Shown: positions 1 through 13,340 of the stretch, in pieces
Position numbering within the stretch: the stretch's first letter is position 1
How the letters are laid out: the number at the start of each line of letters is the position of its first letter
Assembly: GCF_009914755.1 (NCBI RefSeq)
Contig: NC_060926.1
DNA length: 64,000 nt
DNA from: the human T2T-CHM13v2.0 reference genome, Homo sapiens
Reading direction: 5' to 3' (one strand)
Notes under the pieces: generated by a model
The model's input: only the letters and a program-made list of their open reading frames with translations
Told to the model about the DNA's origin: nothing
Databases searched by the model: none
Position numbers and translations under genes: made by a program

Positions 1-734
1 AAAATAACTACCTCCCACCCCCACCTTCTTCAGCATGGTGACTGCTGGATCCATTTGCAGTCTGTATTTCCCTGGGAGGTGCTAACTCCTGCAGCTTTCT
101 TCTCTGTGAACTGAAGTCTCCATCTATACAATTTCATTGCTCATAAAGATGAGCAAAAAGGAGAGCACAAACAAATCCAATTTACCCATTTTTTGGTATC
201 TAGAATACATGTGGAGACAAAATTGGTAGTTTGCCTCAGCTCTACTTGCTAGGATAATTTGGGGTGATATTGCAACTAAACGTTATGTTTAAACTATGCC
301 AGTCACACTGTGCATTTTAAAGGCCACATTACAAGTCTCATTACCTTTCTAACATATCTGAGAGTATAAGTAAATTTCGAAGAAAAATGGCTTCCATGAA
401 TATAAAATTATGTCACCCTTAATTACACATTGTTATTCAAGGTACAGAGAAGACCCGTTTATTTCACCTTACTTCTACTTTGAGATGATTTTCACCGAGG
501 ATGAAGTTTTTCAAATGCATTTATTTCAAAAGTTGTTTGTCTTGCTCTTTGTGCTTATGTATAAACATACTAATATACATTTTCAATCCCTAAAATGTAT
601 ATTGTTGATCTGTGTTTCTAATTTTCTCTTCTTTAAAGTTAAATATATTATCAAGTCCTGGACATCTTTAGTCACAAAATAATATAGACTTTTCTCGTGT
701 GTGTGTGTGTGGTTTTTAAAAAATTTTCTCAGCA

Positions 735-2908
735 ATATTATTTGCCTCAATTTGGATGGCTGCTGACTGATCAGGGAGGTGATTGTTGAAGTTTGGGGTG
801 TCTGTGACAATTTCTGAAAATAGGACAGCAATGAAGTTTGCCCTATCTACTGACTCTGCCTTTCATTACAGATTTCACTATAACATGCAGTGCTGTTTGA
901 TAGCATTTTATCCACAAGAAAACTTCTTTTAAAATTGGAGTCCCTTTTCTGAACCCATGCTGCTGTTTTATCAACTAAGTTTAAGTAATATTTTAAATTA
1001 TTTGTTGTCCTTTCAACAATGTTCACAGAATCTTCACTAAGAATAGATTTTGTCTCAAGGAACCACTTTCTTTGTTTATCCATAAGAAGCAACTACTTAT
1101 CTGTTCAAGTTTTATCATGAGATTGCAACAATTCAGTCACATCTTCAGCCTCTACTTCTAATTAAAATTCTCCTGCTATTTTCACCACATCTACAGTTAC
1201 TTCCTCCTTTGAGGTTTTGAACCCCTCAAAGTCATGCAAGAGGGTTGCAATGAACTTCTTCCAAACTCCTGGTAATGTTGCTATTTTGACCTTCTTCCAT
1301 GAATCATGAATGCTCTTAATGACATCAAGAATGGTGGATTCTTTCCAGAAAGATTTCAAGTGACTTCACCTAGATCCATTAGAGAAATCACTATCTCTGG
1401 CAGCTATAGCCTTACGAAATGTCTTTCTTAAATAATAAGACTTGAAAGTCAAAATTATTCCTTTATCCATGGGCTAAAGAATGGATATAGTGTTAGCTGG
1501 CATGGAACAACATTTAATTTGTACATCTCCATCAGAGCTCTGGGGTGACCAGGTGCAATTTCAGTATGCAGTAATATTTTGAAAGGAAATTTTTTTGCTG
1601 AGCAGTATATCTCAAGAGTGGATTAAAATTATTCAGTAAACCATAATATAAACATATATGCTGTCAACCACACTTCATTGTTGCATTTATAGGGCGCAGA
1701 AAGAGTGGGTTTAGCATAATTATTAAGGGCCCTAAGATTTTTGGATTAGTAAATGCAAATGGGTTTATTTAAAATCACTTAAATAACTCAATAAACTTAA
1801 AGTCACCAGCTACTTTAGCCCCTAACCAGTGAGTCAGCTCGTTCTTTGAAGCTTGGAAACCATGCACCTCTCCTCTCTAGCTATGAATCCCGGATGGCAT
1901 CTTCTTTCCATACAGGGCTGTTTCATCTACACTGAAAATTTGTTTAATGTAGCCTTCTTCATCAATGATCTTAGCTAGATCTTCTGGATAACTTGCTTTA
2001 ATTTCTACATGAGCACTTGGGGCTTCACTTTGCACTTTTATATTATGAAAACAGTTTATTTCCTTAAACTTCATGAACTAACCTATGTTAGCTTCAAACT
2101 TTTCTTCTGCAGTTTCCTCACCACTCTCAGCCTTTATATAATTGAAGTGTTAGGATCTTGGTCTGGATTGTCCTTTGGCTTAAGGGAATGTTGTGGCTGG
2201 CTAAATCTTCTATCCAGATCACTAAAACTTTCTACATGTCAGCAATAAAGCTGTTTCACTTTCTTGTCATTCACATGTTCACTGAAGTAACACTTTTAAT
2301 TTCCTTCAAGAACTTTTCATTTGCATTCATAACATGGCTAACTGTTTGGTATTGGAGGCCTAGCTTCAGGCCTATCTGGGCTTTCAAGATGCCTTTCTCA
2401 CTAAGCTTAATCATTTGTAGCTTTTGATTTAAAGTGGAATGTATGCAACTCTTCCTTTTAGTTGAATACTTGGAGGCCATTGTAGAGTTATTAACTACGT
2501 AATTTCAATATTGTTGTATCTCAGGAAATAGGAAAGCCCAAGGACGGGAAGGAGGTGGGGAAATGGCTGGTCAGAGGAATAGTGACAACAGATATGTTTA
2601 TCAATTAAGCGTGCTGTCTAATATGGGTACAGTTTGTGGCACCCCACAGCAATTACAGTAGTACTATCAAAATCTCTGGTCACAACCAGAAAAGATGTAA
2701 TAATAATGACAAGTAATGAAATATTGCAAGTGTTACTCAAATGTGACACAGAAACATGAAGTTAGCACATGGTGTTGGAAAAATCTGCTGATAGGTATGC
2801 TTGATGTGGGGTTGCTACAAACCTTTAATTTGTAAAAAAAAAAAAAAAAAAAAAAAAGACCATATCTGCAAAGCACAATAAAGCAAAATGCAATAAAACA
2901 ATTGTGTG
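735..2908 (-). mobile_element. Tigger1 (TcMar-Tigger/pogo) DNA transposon, near full length, 3' end missing
   Basis: Minus-strand ORF pieces match Tigger1 transposase in order: [23 protein letters not shown] (2271-2480), [23 protein letters not shown] (1877-2074), [17 protein letters not shown] (1162-1359), LLMDKQRKWFLE (847-1092), LLSYFQKL..LISQQPS (to ~740). The 5' terminus is at ~2880-2908. Confidence 0.95.
740..2480 (-). pseudogene. Disrupted Tigger1 transposase coding region
   Basis: The frame is split by stops and frameshifts. First catalytic motif VDET is kept, the consensus IDNAPGHP reads TEIAPGHP, and a stop precedes PMD. Confidence 0.85.
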
Positions 2909-5636
2909 TACAGTTAGCATTTGTTAATATTTTTTATTTGACTTTTTTAAAGAGTCTGTTCTCTGTTATTTATGGTGCCAAATACAAATCTATTAACCTA
3001 CTAATTAACAATGGAGGCTTCTCAGACTATCATAGTCCATGTGGTCTTTCTTAACTAAATACCAGAGGTTTTTTATGTTTTGTTTTGTTTTCTCTGCTCC
3101 TAATAAATACGTCTCTTGGCTGTTTGTTGTGCCCTATCTCTCCTAATATAGAAATAGTGAGTTTGCAACAAATACACATGGGGAAGATGACATAAGCAAG
3201 GAATAAAACTTAGATATATTGAATTGCTAATATTTGATCTTTATTTTTTATTGTAGCATATTTGTCATTTTCTGAATTATAAACATACCTCCCAGTCACT
3301 GAAAATGTTTCACAAAATTCAAAACCACTAAGTGTTTCCTTATTACAATACTAACCCCTTCTTTTTCCTTCCAGTATATTATATCTTATTCTTCATAATT
3401 TTGCATCATTCATTTATCCAGTTAAACTGCCAATGAAACTTTATTGTATGCATATTCAACCTGGTATTAGGTTATTTACCAGTGAAGTCATATTAACAAA
3501 AAGTATTTTATTGATATTTAAACTATGATTTTGGCTGTGGGAAATAATTTACTAAATTCCAAATAAATAGAATAATTTACATTTTTTCTCTAAATTTTTA
3601 CCTATATTTGCTTATTTTACATTACTTTTGAGAACTCTCTTGGATCATATTTGCATTCTGCTTCATTTCTCTTATCCTTTCCAGTTCCAGGAAGACCGAT
3701 AATAAACAGGAAGTTTAATATTTTTTCTTTCCAAATACTGGGCACTTGTAGACTCCACAAATTTTTATAGGAAATAAACAAAATTTATTTAAACTACCCA
3801 AAAGTTTTTATTATATATCTTTGTAAAAATCCAAATATTGAGAGGCTGTTCTGCTTTAATAATAGTTTAATAACAAGTAAATACAATGGAAGTGACAAAT
3901 AATGGAAAATTATCGATTGTTGTCTAAATTGTCCCATGCTCCTATTATGCTAATCTCTGGAGTAAAAGAGTATTACTATGAAAACTGAGAAATGTTTGGC
4001 TAAATCTAAAAACTCTTCTTTAAATAGTACATATTTTTAAGATTCTTAAGGTCAATAGAAGTGAGAATACTACTGAATAAATGTTTTAAAATTATGCCTA
4101 TTCCTGAGTTTTGTCCTCTTACAATACACTGTCATAATGGAAGACGTAAAGCTAGGATATTTAATCCCAAAAGATTTCATGGAAAACTTAGAAAGTTGAA
4201 TGCATTTCTAAATATAAATAAATTTCTAAATATGTCATAAATAATAGTCTGATATACCTGTACAGAAAATATAATACTGCTAAAATACATTCAACTCAGT
4301 ACTTTTGGTAAATATCATTTATTGCTAATAAAAAGGTTAGATATAAGACACATTTGGTGTGCTTCAGTCTTGATTCAATTTATTGATGAGCTTCTACAAT
4401 AACGAATTTATTTTATTATGTCCACTGTATTTTATATAGAATGTGTCATTCTGTCTATGATAACAAACGACATTAGCAGGTATAAAGATAAGTGATTTGA
4501 TATTAAGAGATAGGCTATGCAAAAAAAATATTAAAAAGCTAACTTAAAAAAATATTTTTTGACAAGCTAAATGTAACTTTTTTACTTAATTGGTGCTTTG
4601 AATAAAGAGCCAGATTGTGGTGACACTAGCACTATGAAACTGTTGGCATTTTTCTCATTAACCCTATTTTTAAAATGACTTATATTTTTACTTCAAAAAT
4701 AATATTTAAATTACTTTGGATAAATTTGAGCTGACTTAAAAATATCCTTGGTTATTTTATTTTACCAAAGAAGGCATAAAAACAATATTCTTTCTCAGAA
4801 AGAAAAAATTTGAAAGATAACGTTCAATAACTCAAGTATGAGGGTATCACCTCATTGTGTCAATAACAGTAATATAAATATACACAACTCCTGGAAGGCA
4901 TACAAACAAGCACAGCCTACCACACAAACTAAAGCTATAGACACATGAGCCTGTTATAGTACAGTGAAGGTCACATAAAGGACACAGGGAAGCAAAGGGA
5001 AGGCTTCTGGATTCAGAAGGTTAGGACTCTAATCCTGACAATCAAAATCTTAAGGTCAGTTATAACAAACTTCTTAAACTTCTAAGTCAGGATTTATTAA
5101 ACTACAAAATAAGGGTTTAAACTGGAAGGCTTTATTGGTTCCTTTTAACCCAGAAATTCTCTGATGCCCTACAATATCTTCAGTTTTATCTGCCTCTTTT
5201 TTTCTAGATACCTCTTATAAAAAGCAAAATAACATACATCAATAATCCAGCTCTTGCAAGTGATGATTATCTACCACTTTAAAATAGAATGGAGTAATTT
5301 GTGATATATGACTGCTTTTGTCAGGAAAAAAGTAGATTAAGTAAAAAATCATAGTTAAAATAGAAAAAGAAAACCCTGTTTAAAGAAATCATAGCATTTT
5401 TGAAGCAAAAAGCCTTTGATAGATAAACATCATGGAGTGAAGGAACAAGAGAGTGGTGAATTTACAATTTGAAGACATAGTTTATCCTATAAATATTCTA
5501 TGAGTGTCTGGACTTTTCCTGGGCAGAAGGCCACACTAAGTGATACAGAAACTAGCAGAAGTTTTGGTAGTCTTATATACTAGAGCAGAAAATGGTGTAT
5601 TTAAAAAAAAAAAAAAAACCTTAGAAGAGGTCCCTT

Positions 5637-5890
5637 ACCTCTGTTAAGGGACACAGGTAAACATTTTCAGCTTCGCGGTTACATAGTGTCTGTGTCAACT
5701 ACTCAATTCTGCCATTGTAGTGAAATTTGTCCTAGATAGTATGTAAGTGAATGTGTTTATGTTCCAATAAAACTAGTGAAATTTAAGTGTCATAAAATTT
5801 CACATTTTATGAAATATTTTATCCCTGAACTATTTAAAATGTAAAAATACTTCTTAGTTCATACGCTGTCAAAAAAGTCAGTAGGCCAAA
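5637..5890 (+). mobile_element. MER58B-like non-autonomous hAT-Charlie element
   Basis: caactactcaattctgccattgtag...gttccaataaaact...tttaaaatgtaaaaatacttcttagttc resembles the MER58B consensus. Confidence 0.7.
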
Positions 5891-5949
5891 GAAACAGACA
5901 TCGGTACAAAAGAGACAACTTTGGAGACTTGTATGGTTTCAGTCAATTT

Positions 5950-6510
5950 CTCTATTAAGACATTAGCCAAATTCTGAAGCTGTATGAGTTGGGAGTAAAA
6001 AGTTTAGCTGAACATTCTGAAAAGAAGAAAAGAGTTTTCCAAAGTACCCTCGTGGTGGTGGTGGTAAGACACTGGAGCAGTCCTGGTGAATTCACTGAAT
6101 TCTAAATTTAAAATTTTAAAATCTATGTCTCAGGAATGGAGTAAGAAGTAGACTAAATCTTCATAAAACTGCAACACTGCCTCCACTAAACTTCATCCAA
6201 GAATGGAATAAATTGATTTGTTTGCCAGTCTATCCACCTAGAAAGGAAAAAGTAAACTTCCCCTGGTTGAAAAACAGCATCTGCTTGGGCCTCTACATTT
6301 TGCACAGAACATGGCTAGAAAAAAAATGTAGGCATGTCGAGAGTAATGAGATTAAGAAAAAAAAATCAAGAGGGTCATCAGATGATAGCTACATACCCGC
6401 CTACACATGATCTAGATAATGTACTTCACTGACTATGACTTTTATGTAATTATTATTAAAATATTCAAGTAAAAAGACAAAAGATAGGAGAACTACATGA
6501 GAAAAAAATT
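5950..6510 (+). mobile_element. Possible ancient L1M 5'UTR fragment
   Basis: Weak resemblance to old L1M 5'UTR/ORF1 start (ataaaactgcaac, cagatgata, gactttta..aatattcaag). Confidence 0.35.
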
Positions 6511-6589
6511 AATGATTCTGGTTAGATTTTACTTTCAACCTTACACAGATCTCTTAAAATTACTACACACATGCACATACACATAAAAT

Positions 6590-7450
6590 CAGGATGACTA
6601 TTCTAAGTTTGGCTTGATTTCTTTCTTAAATGTTTGAAAGACATTTCTAGTGAAGCAATCTTTTTTCTGGGGAGGGTTTTAATAATAGATTATATGTTTA
6701 AAAATATTTGTAGGGCTGTTCAGATTTTCTTTTCATGTGTCAATCTTGGAATATACTATTCAAGGAGTTATTTTCTTAAAATTGTCAAATAGTTAAAGTA
6801 TCAGTAATCTTTGTTTCTATCTTCATGTCTTCAGGGATAAAAATATGAAATATGGAGTGATATTTCATCATATTTCTGATGTCGGTAACTTGTAAATGTT
6901 CTGTGTTTTCCTTGATCAGTCTTGCTAGCATTTGACTAAGATTATTCATATTTTCAAAGAATCACCTCTTTCTTGTTTTAATGTACTCTTTTGTGCATTT
7001 TCTCTTTCATTAAATTATCTTATCTCTATTATTTTCTTCTGTTTACCTTTGTTTGTTTGATTTGCTCTACATTTCCTAGCGTCTTGAGATGGAAGCTTAA
7101 ATCATTAATTTTCAATTTTTGTTCTTTCCTAATATATGCATGTAAGAATATAAATTCCTCCCTAGACATTGATGTTGCTATTTCCCACAAACATTCATAT
7201 GCTGTGTCCTCATTATCTTTTTGCTTAAAATATTTTCCAATTTCTATTGCGATTTCTTCTTTGACCCATGGGTTGTTTGGGATTGTGTTGCTTAATTTCT
7301 AACAGTTGGAGACTTTCTAATTATCTTTTCCTCATTTATTTCTAGTTTAATTTTCTACAGTCAGAAAACATCTAAATATAATTTTATTCTTTGAATTTTT
7401 GTTTAGATTTGCTGCATGATCTAAGACACATAAAAATATATCTTCTGTAC
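6590..7450 (-). mobile_element. Old L1M ORF2 fragment
   Basis: T-rich antisense L1 ORF2 sequence, e.g. tttcttctttgacccatgggttgtttgg..gtgttgcttaatttc. Confidence 0.7.
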
Positions 7451-7499
7451 TCATTAAATAAATACTTTTGTCTTTTTGGACTAGATGTTTTATGTGATT

Positions 7500-10400
7500 G
7501 TATGTGATCGTATGTAGTTATTTTTGATTGGTTCATCATTTAGTCTTTCTACTTAGGATCAGAGTAGTTCATACACCACAGTTACAATGTTATAATACTT
7601 TGTGTATCTCTGTGTACTTACTATTGTCAGTGAGGTTTATACCTTTAAGTGATTTGTTATTGCTCATTAATGCCCTATTCTTTCTGATTGAATTACTCCC
7701 TTTATTGTTTACTTAGAACAGGTCTAGCATGGATGAAACCTCTCAGCTTTTGTTTTTCTAGGAAGATCTTTCTTTCTCTTTCATGGTCAAAGAATATTTT
7801 CACCAGATATACTATTCTAGGGCATTTTTTTTTTTCCTTCAGCACTTTAGATATGTCCTGCTACTCTCTTCTGGCCTGTAAGTTTCCCACTGAAAAGACT
7901 GTGCCAGACATATTGGAGCTCCATTGCATGTTATTTGTTTCTTCTCTCTTGCCGCCTTTAGAATCCTTTCTTTATGTTTGACCTTTGGGAGTTTGATTGT
8001 TAAATGCATTGTGGTAGTCTTCTTTGGGTTAAATCTGCTTGATGTTCCATAACCTTCTTGTACTTGGATACTGATAACTTTCTCTAGTTTTGGGAAGTTC
8101 TCTGTTATTATCCCTTTATATAAACTTTTACTTCTATTTATTTCTTGACCTTCTCTTTAAAGCTAATGACTCTTAGATATGCTTTTTGAGGCTACTTTCT
8201 AGATTCTGTAGGCAGAATTCATTGTCTTTTATTCTCTCTTCTTTTGTCTCATCTGACTGTATGTTTTCAAATACCTTGTCTTCACACACACTAGTTCTTC
8301 CTTTTGCTTGATTAATTCTGCTATTAGATGACTCTGATGCATTCTTCATATGCCAGTTGCATTTTTCAGCTCCAGAATTTTTGTGTGAATCTTTTTAATT
8401 ATTTCAGTCTCTTCGTGAAAAAAGATAGAAGTCTGAATGCCTTCTCTGTGTTATCTTGAAATTCTTTGAATTTACTCAACGCAGCTATTTTCATTTATCT
8501 GTCTGAAAGGTTACATATCTCTTTTTCTCCAGAATTGGTCCCTGGTGCCTTATTTAGTTCATTTGGTCAGGTCGTGTTTTCCTGAATTGTGTTGATGCTA
8601 GGAGGTGTTCTTCTGTGTCTGGGCATTGAGGAGTTAGTTATTTATTGTAGTCTACACAGTCTGCGTTTATTTGTATCCATCTTTCTCAGGAAGGCTTTCT
8701 GGAAAAGGACTTTCGTGTTGTAATCTAAGCTGTATCTGTTTTTAGGGGGCACCCCAAGTCCAGAAATGCTCTAGTTCTTGCACTCATAGAGGTACTACCT
8801 TGATGGTCTTGGACAAGATCTAGGATAATTCTTTGGATTATCAGGCAGAGATTCTTGTTCTTTTCCCTTACTTTCTCTAAAATGAAGTCTCTTTCTCTCT
8901 TCCGAGCCACCTTAGGCTGGGGGTGGAGTGACACAAGTACCCCTGTGGCCACCACCACTATAACTGTTCTGGGTCAGGCCTAAAGCCAGGACAGCTGTGA
9001 GTCTCACCCAAGGCCTACTGTAACCTCTCCCTGGATACTGCCTGTGTTTGCTCAAGGCCCTGGGGCTCTGCAATCAGCCACTGGCAAAGCCAGCCAGGCT
9101 TGTGTTCTTCCCTTCAGGTGGCAAGGTCTCCCAGGCCCCAGGTGGATCTAGAGGTGCCATCTGAGAGTCAGGGACTAGAGTCAAAGACCTTAGAAGTCCG
9201 TCTGGTGTTCTCTTGTACTGCGACTGAGCTGGCACTCAAACCACAAGATACAGTCCTTCTTACTCTTTCCTCCCATTTCCAAAAGCAGAGGAGACTGACC
9301 CCATAGCCACCACCCCATGGCTATGAGCAGTACTGCCGGATTACTGTTGATACTACCTTAAGGTCCAAAGGCTCTTAAGTCACCTTGTGGTGAATGCTGC
9401 CTGGCCTGGTACTCGCCCGAAGGGCAGTAGGCTGCCCTCTAGCCCAGGACATGTCCAGAAATACTGTCTAAGAGTCAAGTCCTGGAATCAGGAAGCCCAA
9501 GAGCCTGCTTGATGTTCTATCCCACCATGGCTATTGCAGTACCTAAGGTGCAAGGCAAAGTCCCCTCTGCTTCTCTCAAGAAGAAATGGTTTTTCCTCTA
9601 GTCACCACAACGGGTAATGTGCTGAGTCTCATCTGAAGCCAGCAAGTCTCAGAGGCTCACCAAAGGCCCTCAGGATAATTCCTGGGTATTGTTACTGGTT
9701 ATTCAGGGCCCAAGGGCCCTTCAGTTAGCAGATGATGAATGCTGCTAGGACTGGATCCTTTCCTTCAAGGCAATGGGTTCTCTTCTGGCCCATGGTGGTG
9801 TCTAGAAATGTCACCTGGGACAAGGGTTTGGAATGGGGGCCTTGTGGTTCTGACTGGTGTCCTATCCTGCTGTGACTGAGCTGGTATCCAAGGTATAAGA
9901 CAAAGTCCTCCCCATTCTTCCCTCTTCTCTCCTCAAATGGAAGGAAGGGGTCTCTCTTGGAGATCTAAACTGTGCAGCCTGGGGTTAGGGAAAGGGTGAT
10001 GCCCGCACTTCCTTGGCTGCCCCAGCTGGTGTCTCAGTATGTCACATGCCTCCCCAGTCCACTGTCTCTAGGCCTAGTTCAGCACTGGGACACACATAAG
10101 AGTTGCAATCCTTGTGGCCTAGACTTCCTTTCAAGTTTACTTAGAGACACAGAGCAATCCAGTCCTCAGTGGCAAGATTGGCAGGGACTCGAGTTCTGAC
10201 CACTGGGATCTGCAATACCCGTCTGGCTGTGGCTGGTTTAAATGTTCACTTCGTGGGCAGGCATCATCTGAGTTTGGTCTGGTTTTCCTTTCCACTCTAA
10301 GAGGACAACGCTGAGTTTAATGCCTCACAATTGCTGTGTTATTCCTCCCTCAGTTCCCAGAGATGCTCTCAGCACCATGACAGTGCTGCAGGGAGAATAG

Positions 10401-10620
10401 GGGCATGGGCAGGAGTATGTCAGCTATTCAAGACTGTTTTCTCTGTCTCTTTAGTGCCTCTTTCAGTGATACGGAGTTAAAACCAGGTACTATGAGTGCT
10501 CACCTGCTTTTTTGCTATTATGAAGGTGTTTTTTTTCTGTGTAGATAGTTGTTAAATTGGTGTCCTTGTCAGGGGATGATTGGTAGAGCTTTCTATTCCA
10601 CCACTTTGCTCTGCCTCCTT
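7500..10620 (-). mobile_element. L1MA/L1PB-era L1 5' part (5'UTR + ORF1 + inter-ORF)
   Basis: The minus-strand start GGAGGCAGAGCAAAGTGGTGGAATAGAAAGCTC at ~10618 matches L1M1/L1M2-type 5' ends. GC-richer UTR at 8900-10620 and antisense ORF1 at ~7700-8700. Confidence 0.85.
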
Positions 10621-10639
10621 CAAAATACAGCTGTTTTAC

Positions 10640-11800
10640 ATTAATTTAATATGCACAGTGTTAAATATTTTACTATTTTAAAGGTTAAAAATACATATTT
10701 GACATTATAATTATGTACAATTTTATTCATAATGTCTATGAAAATACTAAAGCTTTGAACATTTTACTCCAATTCTCAAATTTTATTTAACTTTTATTTT
10801 ATACATTTTTATCTGTAAGCCACTATAATTGTTGATTGGTAAGACAATCTGGATCACATTCACTAATATCTTTCCTGTTTTTATGTGATTATTTTCTTTT
10901 GTCTATAGTAATACCTTTTATATATCTAATAGTGAATGCATCTATTGATGGTACATTCATTCTCTCCTTTTTGTTTTTCAGCGTGAATAGTTTTTTATTT
11001 CTCTTTATTTTATAAGGATATTTGTTTCTCAGCATAAACTTCTAAATTGGCAAGTCACTTTTTAATTTTAGAGTGGTCTTATTCCATTTTATTCTCACTT
11101 TCATAATTTCAGGCATCAGTCTTTTTATTAAGAGAGTAATGTGTGTCTTTTCAGGAGTCTTATTTTGTTTTGTTTTGCTTTTAGTAGTTTTATTACGTTT
11201 GCTTATTTGTAGTCATTGTTATATGCCTATTGTTGGGATTCTCACAAATTTTTGAATCTGTGGGCTGGTGTATTTATTGAATTTTGAATATTAGTTCTTC
11301 AAAGATTATTGATGACTATCTTTTTCTTCTATTCTTTCTCCAACAAGTACACATATATTAGGCTGTTTTACTCTGACCCATATATTCTTAGTGTTGTTTT
11401 ATATATTTTCCATTTATTTTCCTTGTTTTGCTCAATTTAAAAATTGTTTTTTGATATTTCTCCCAGTTTACTTGTTCTTTCTTTTGCCGTGTTTAACGTG
11501 CTATGAAACCTGTATAAAAAGTTCCTAACTCATAAATGGTATTTTTCAGCTTCAGAGTCTTTATTTTATTATATTATATACATTTGGATTCTTTGGTGCA
11601 ATCGTCTATGTTTTAGTCTATTTTTTATGCCTTTTCCTTCATATCTGTGACATATTAATTCTTGGCCAGCGAACTCCACTCTATTTGTAACTGTGTTTCT
11701 ATTTTCTATTTTCACATTGGTTTCTAGTCAAATGTTCTTATTTTTTTTGTGTTTGATTTTTATTGTATAATAGAGTATAAAAATATTGAGAGGATTTATA
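10640..11800 (-). mobile_element. Ancient L1M(E) ORF1-region fragment
   Basis: Antisense ORF1-like tract (tttatttctctttattttataaggatattt..., ttttgaatctgtgggctgg...). Confidence 0.6.
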
Positions 11801-12459
11801 TGATGGTATTTTTAAATTCACAGTATTCAGAAAATATTAATATTCCTTAAAAATGTAACTTTCTAAAAGTAGGCACCCATGAGAAATAAGGGTAGTTATT
11901 GTAAAATTTCAATTTCATTAAATATACTTAGCCTATTTTACTTGACATCACCATTAATAAGTTAGTGGGTTAAAAATCCCAGTGTTCCTAACCAGCATAC
12001 ATTTTACAGGAGCCTCAAAAGTGTATGTGGTAGGGACCTATAATAAAAAGGCACCAATGACCAGAATCTAGAAATTGATTCTTTTATTGGCTAGTAACTT
12101 ACATTATAATATCGCAAGGCTTGATTTAGGCTTGAATGTTTATAAAGGAGGGTGTGTTAACCACCTTGTTTTGGTAGAGTATTATTGCATTTGTCTTTTA
12201 CTGTGTCTTAGATGAGCTAGGTATCAGTGTTTTAGTGCTGTATTTTTATTCTATTTGAAGCCATAATCAAATGCTATTTTGATCTATAAGAGACAAAGCT
12301 TAAACACTAGATAAATGTAATTAGATAGATTACATGTGTACTAATGATGAATTAAATTCTCAATTGCAATAATAAAAATAATTCACTTGTGAATTAGAAA
12401 CCTGGAATTAATAAATTGAGGATTACATTACTCATAATCGTCAATATTGTGTTCTCCTC

Positions 12460-12770
12460 TATCTAGTATTGTCCAATGCGCAATGAGCAGAATAGATACC
12501 ACTTCTGGACTGAGGGAATAGAAAATCCATGCATGGTTGTCTACCATAGCAAAAGCACATGGATGGATGTGTAATAATTGAGCAATATGATGATGGCACC
12601 CCCAGAATTTTGGATATCTGACTCTAAGGATAGAAGACAGTTATTTTAGAAAATCATTCAGATATGCAGTAGGCTCTGTACAAGTGAGAAATAAATGTTT
12701 ATTTTATGAGTTCAGTGACATTTTTGGATTGATTTGTTGGCATAGGAAAAATTGACCTATCCTAATTTAT
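12460..12770 (+). mobile_element. Old MLT1-type (ERVL-MaLR) LTR fragment
   Basis: ccacttctggactgagg near the start and a 3' end reading gtgagaaataaatgttt...gatttgttggcatagg...cctatcctaat. Confidence 0.45.
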
Positions 12771-13214
12771 GTAGAAACTTGTAGAATGTCATTGAGACTA
12801 AAGGACCTAAATGAGAGTAGAAGTAATAGTGTTTAGGTGCTCTCTGGGGAACCAGATACTAGGCTGACATTACCAAGACTAATTATACATCTCTCCTACT
12901 CCTGTTGACTCTCCCATCTCTCTCTTGGTCTAAATCAGTGCAGATGAAGTTAACAGTCTTGTAATTGAGTAAATTTTTAGGAGACAGGTTAATCGAACAT
13001 TATCATAGGTTGAACAGAGCTTACAGAAGATTCTTATAAATACCTTATTAGTGACTAAAAAATATTATGATATGGTTAGTTTTTTCTTTGTTAAATGTAT
13101 AGTTTTACTCATCCATATTTTGATGAAATTATATTTATAATAATTAAACACAGATGATATTTATTTCTAGCATACAAACCAATTACCACAGTAGTTATCA
13201 TTTCTAACTACAGA

Positions 13215-13340
13215 TTAGAAGGCCATAGGGAGGTTTAATAATTTAATTGCCCAATCCCAGAGATTCTAATTTAGTTTTTCTAGGGTGGAGCCAAGCCAAT
13301 ATCTTGATACTTTTCTAAGTGGTTCTAATATTTAGTCAAA
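13215..13340. mobile_element. MER5-like hAT-Charlie fragment
   Basis: cccagagattctaatttagt...ctagggtggagcc...aagtggttctaat motif. Confidence 0.35.

Noticed and set aside
583-2480. Transposase ORFs as a domesticated TIGD1-like gene
   Set aside because: The frame is broken into many pieces and catalytic motifs are damaged, so this is an ordinary Tigger1 fossil.
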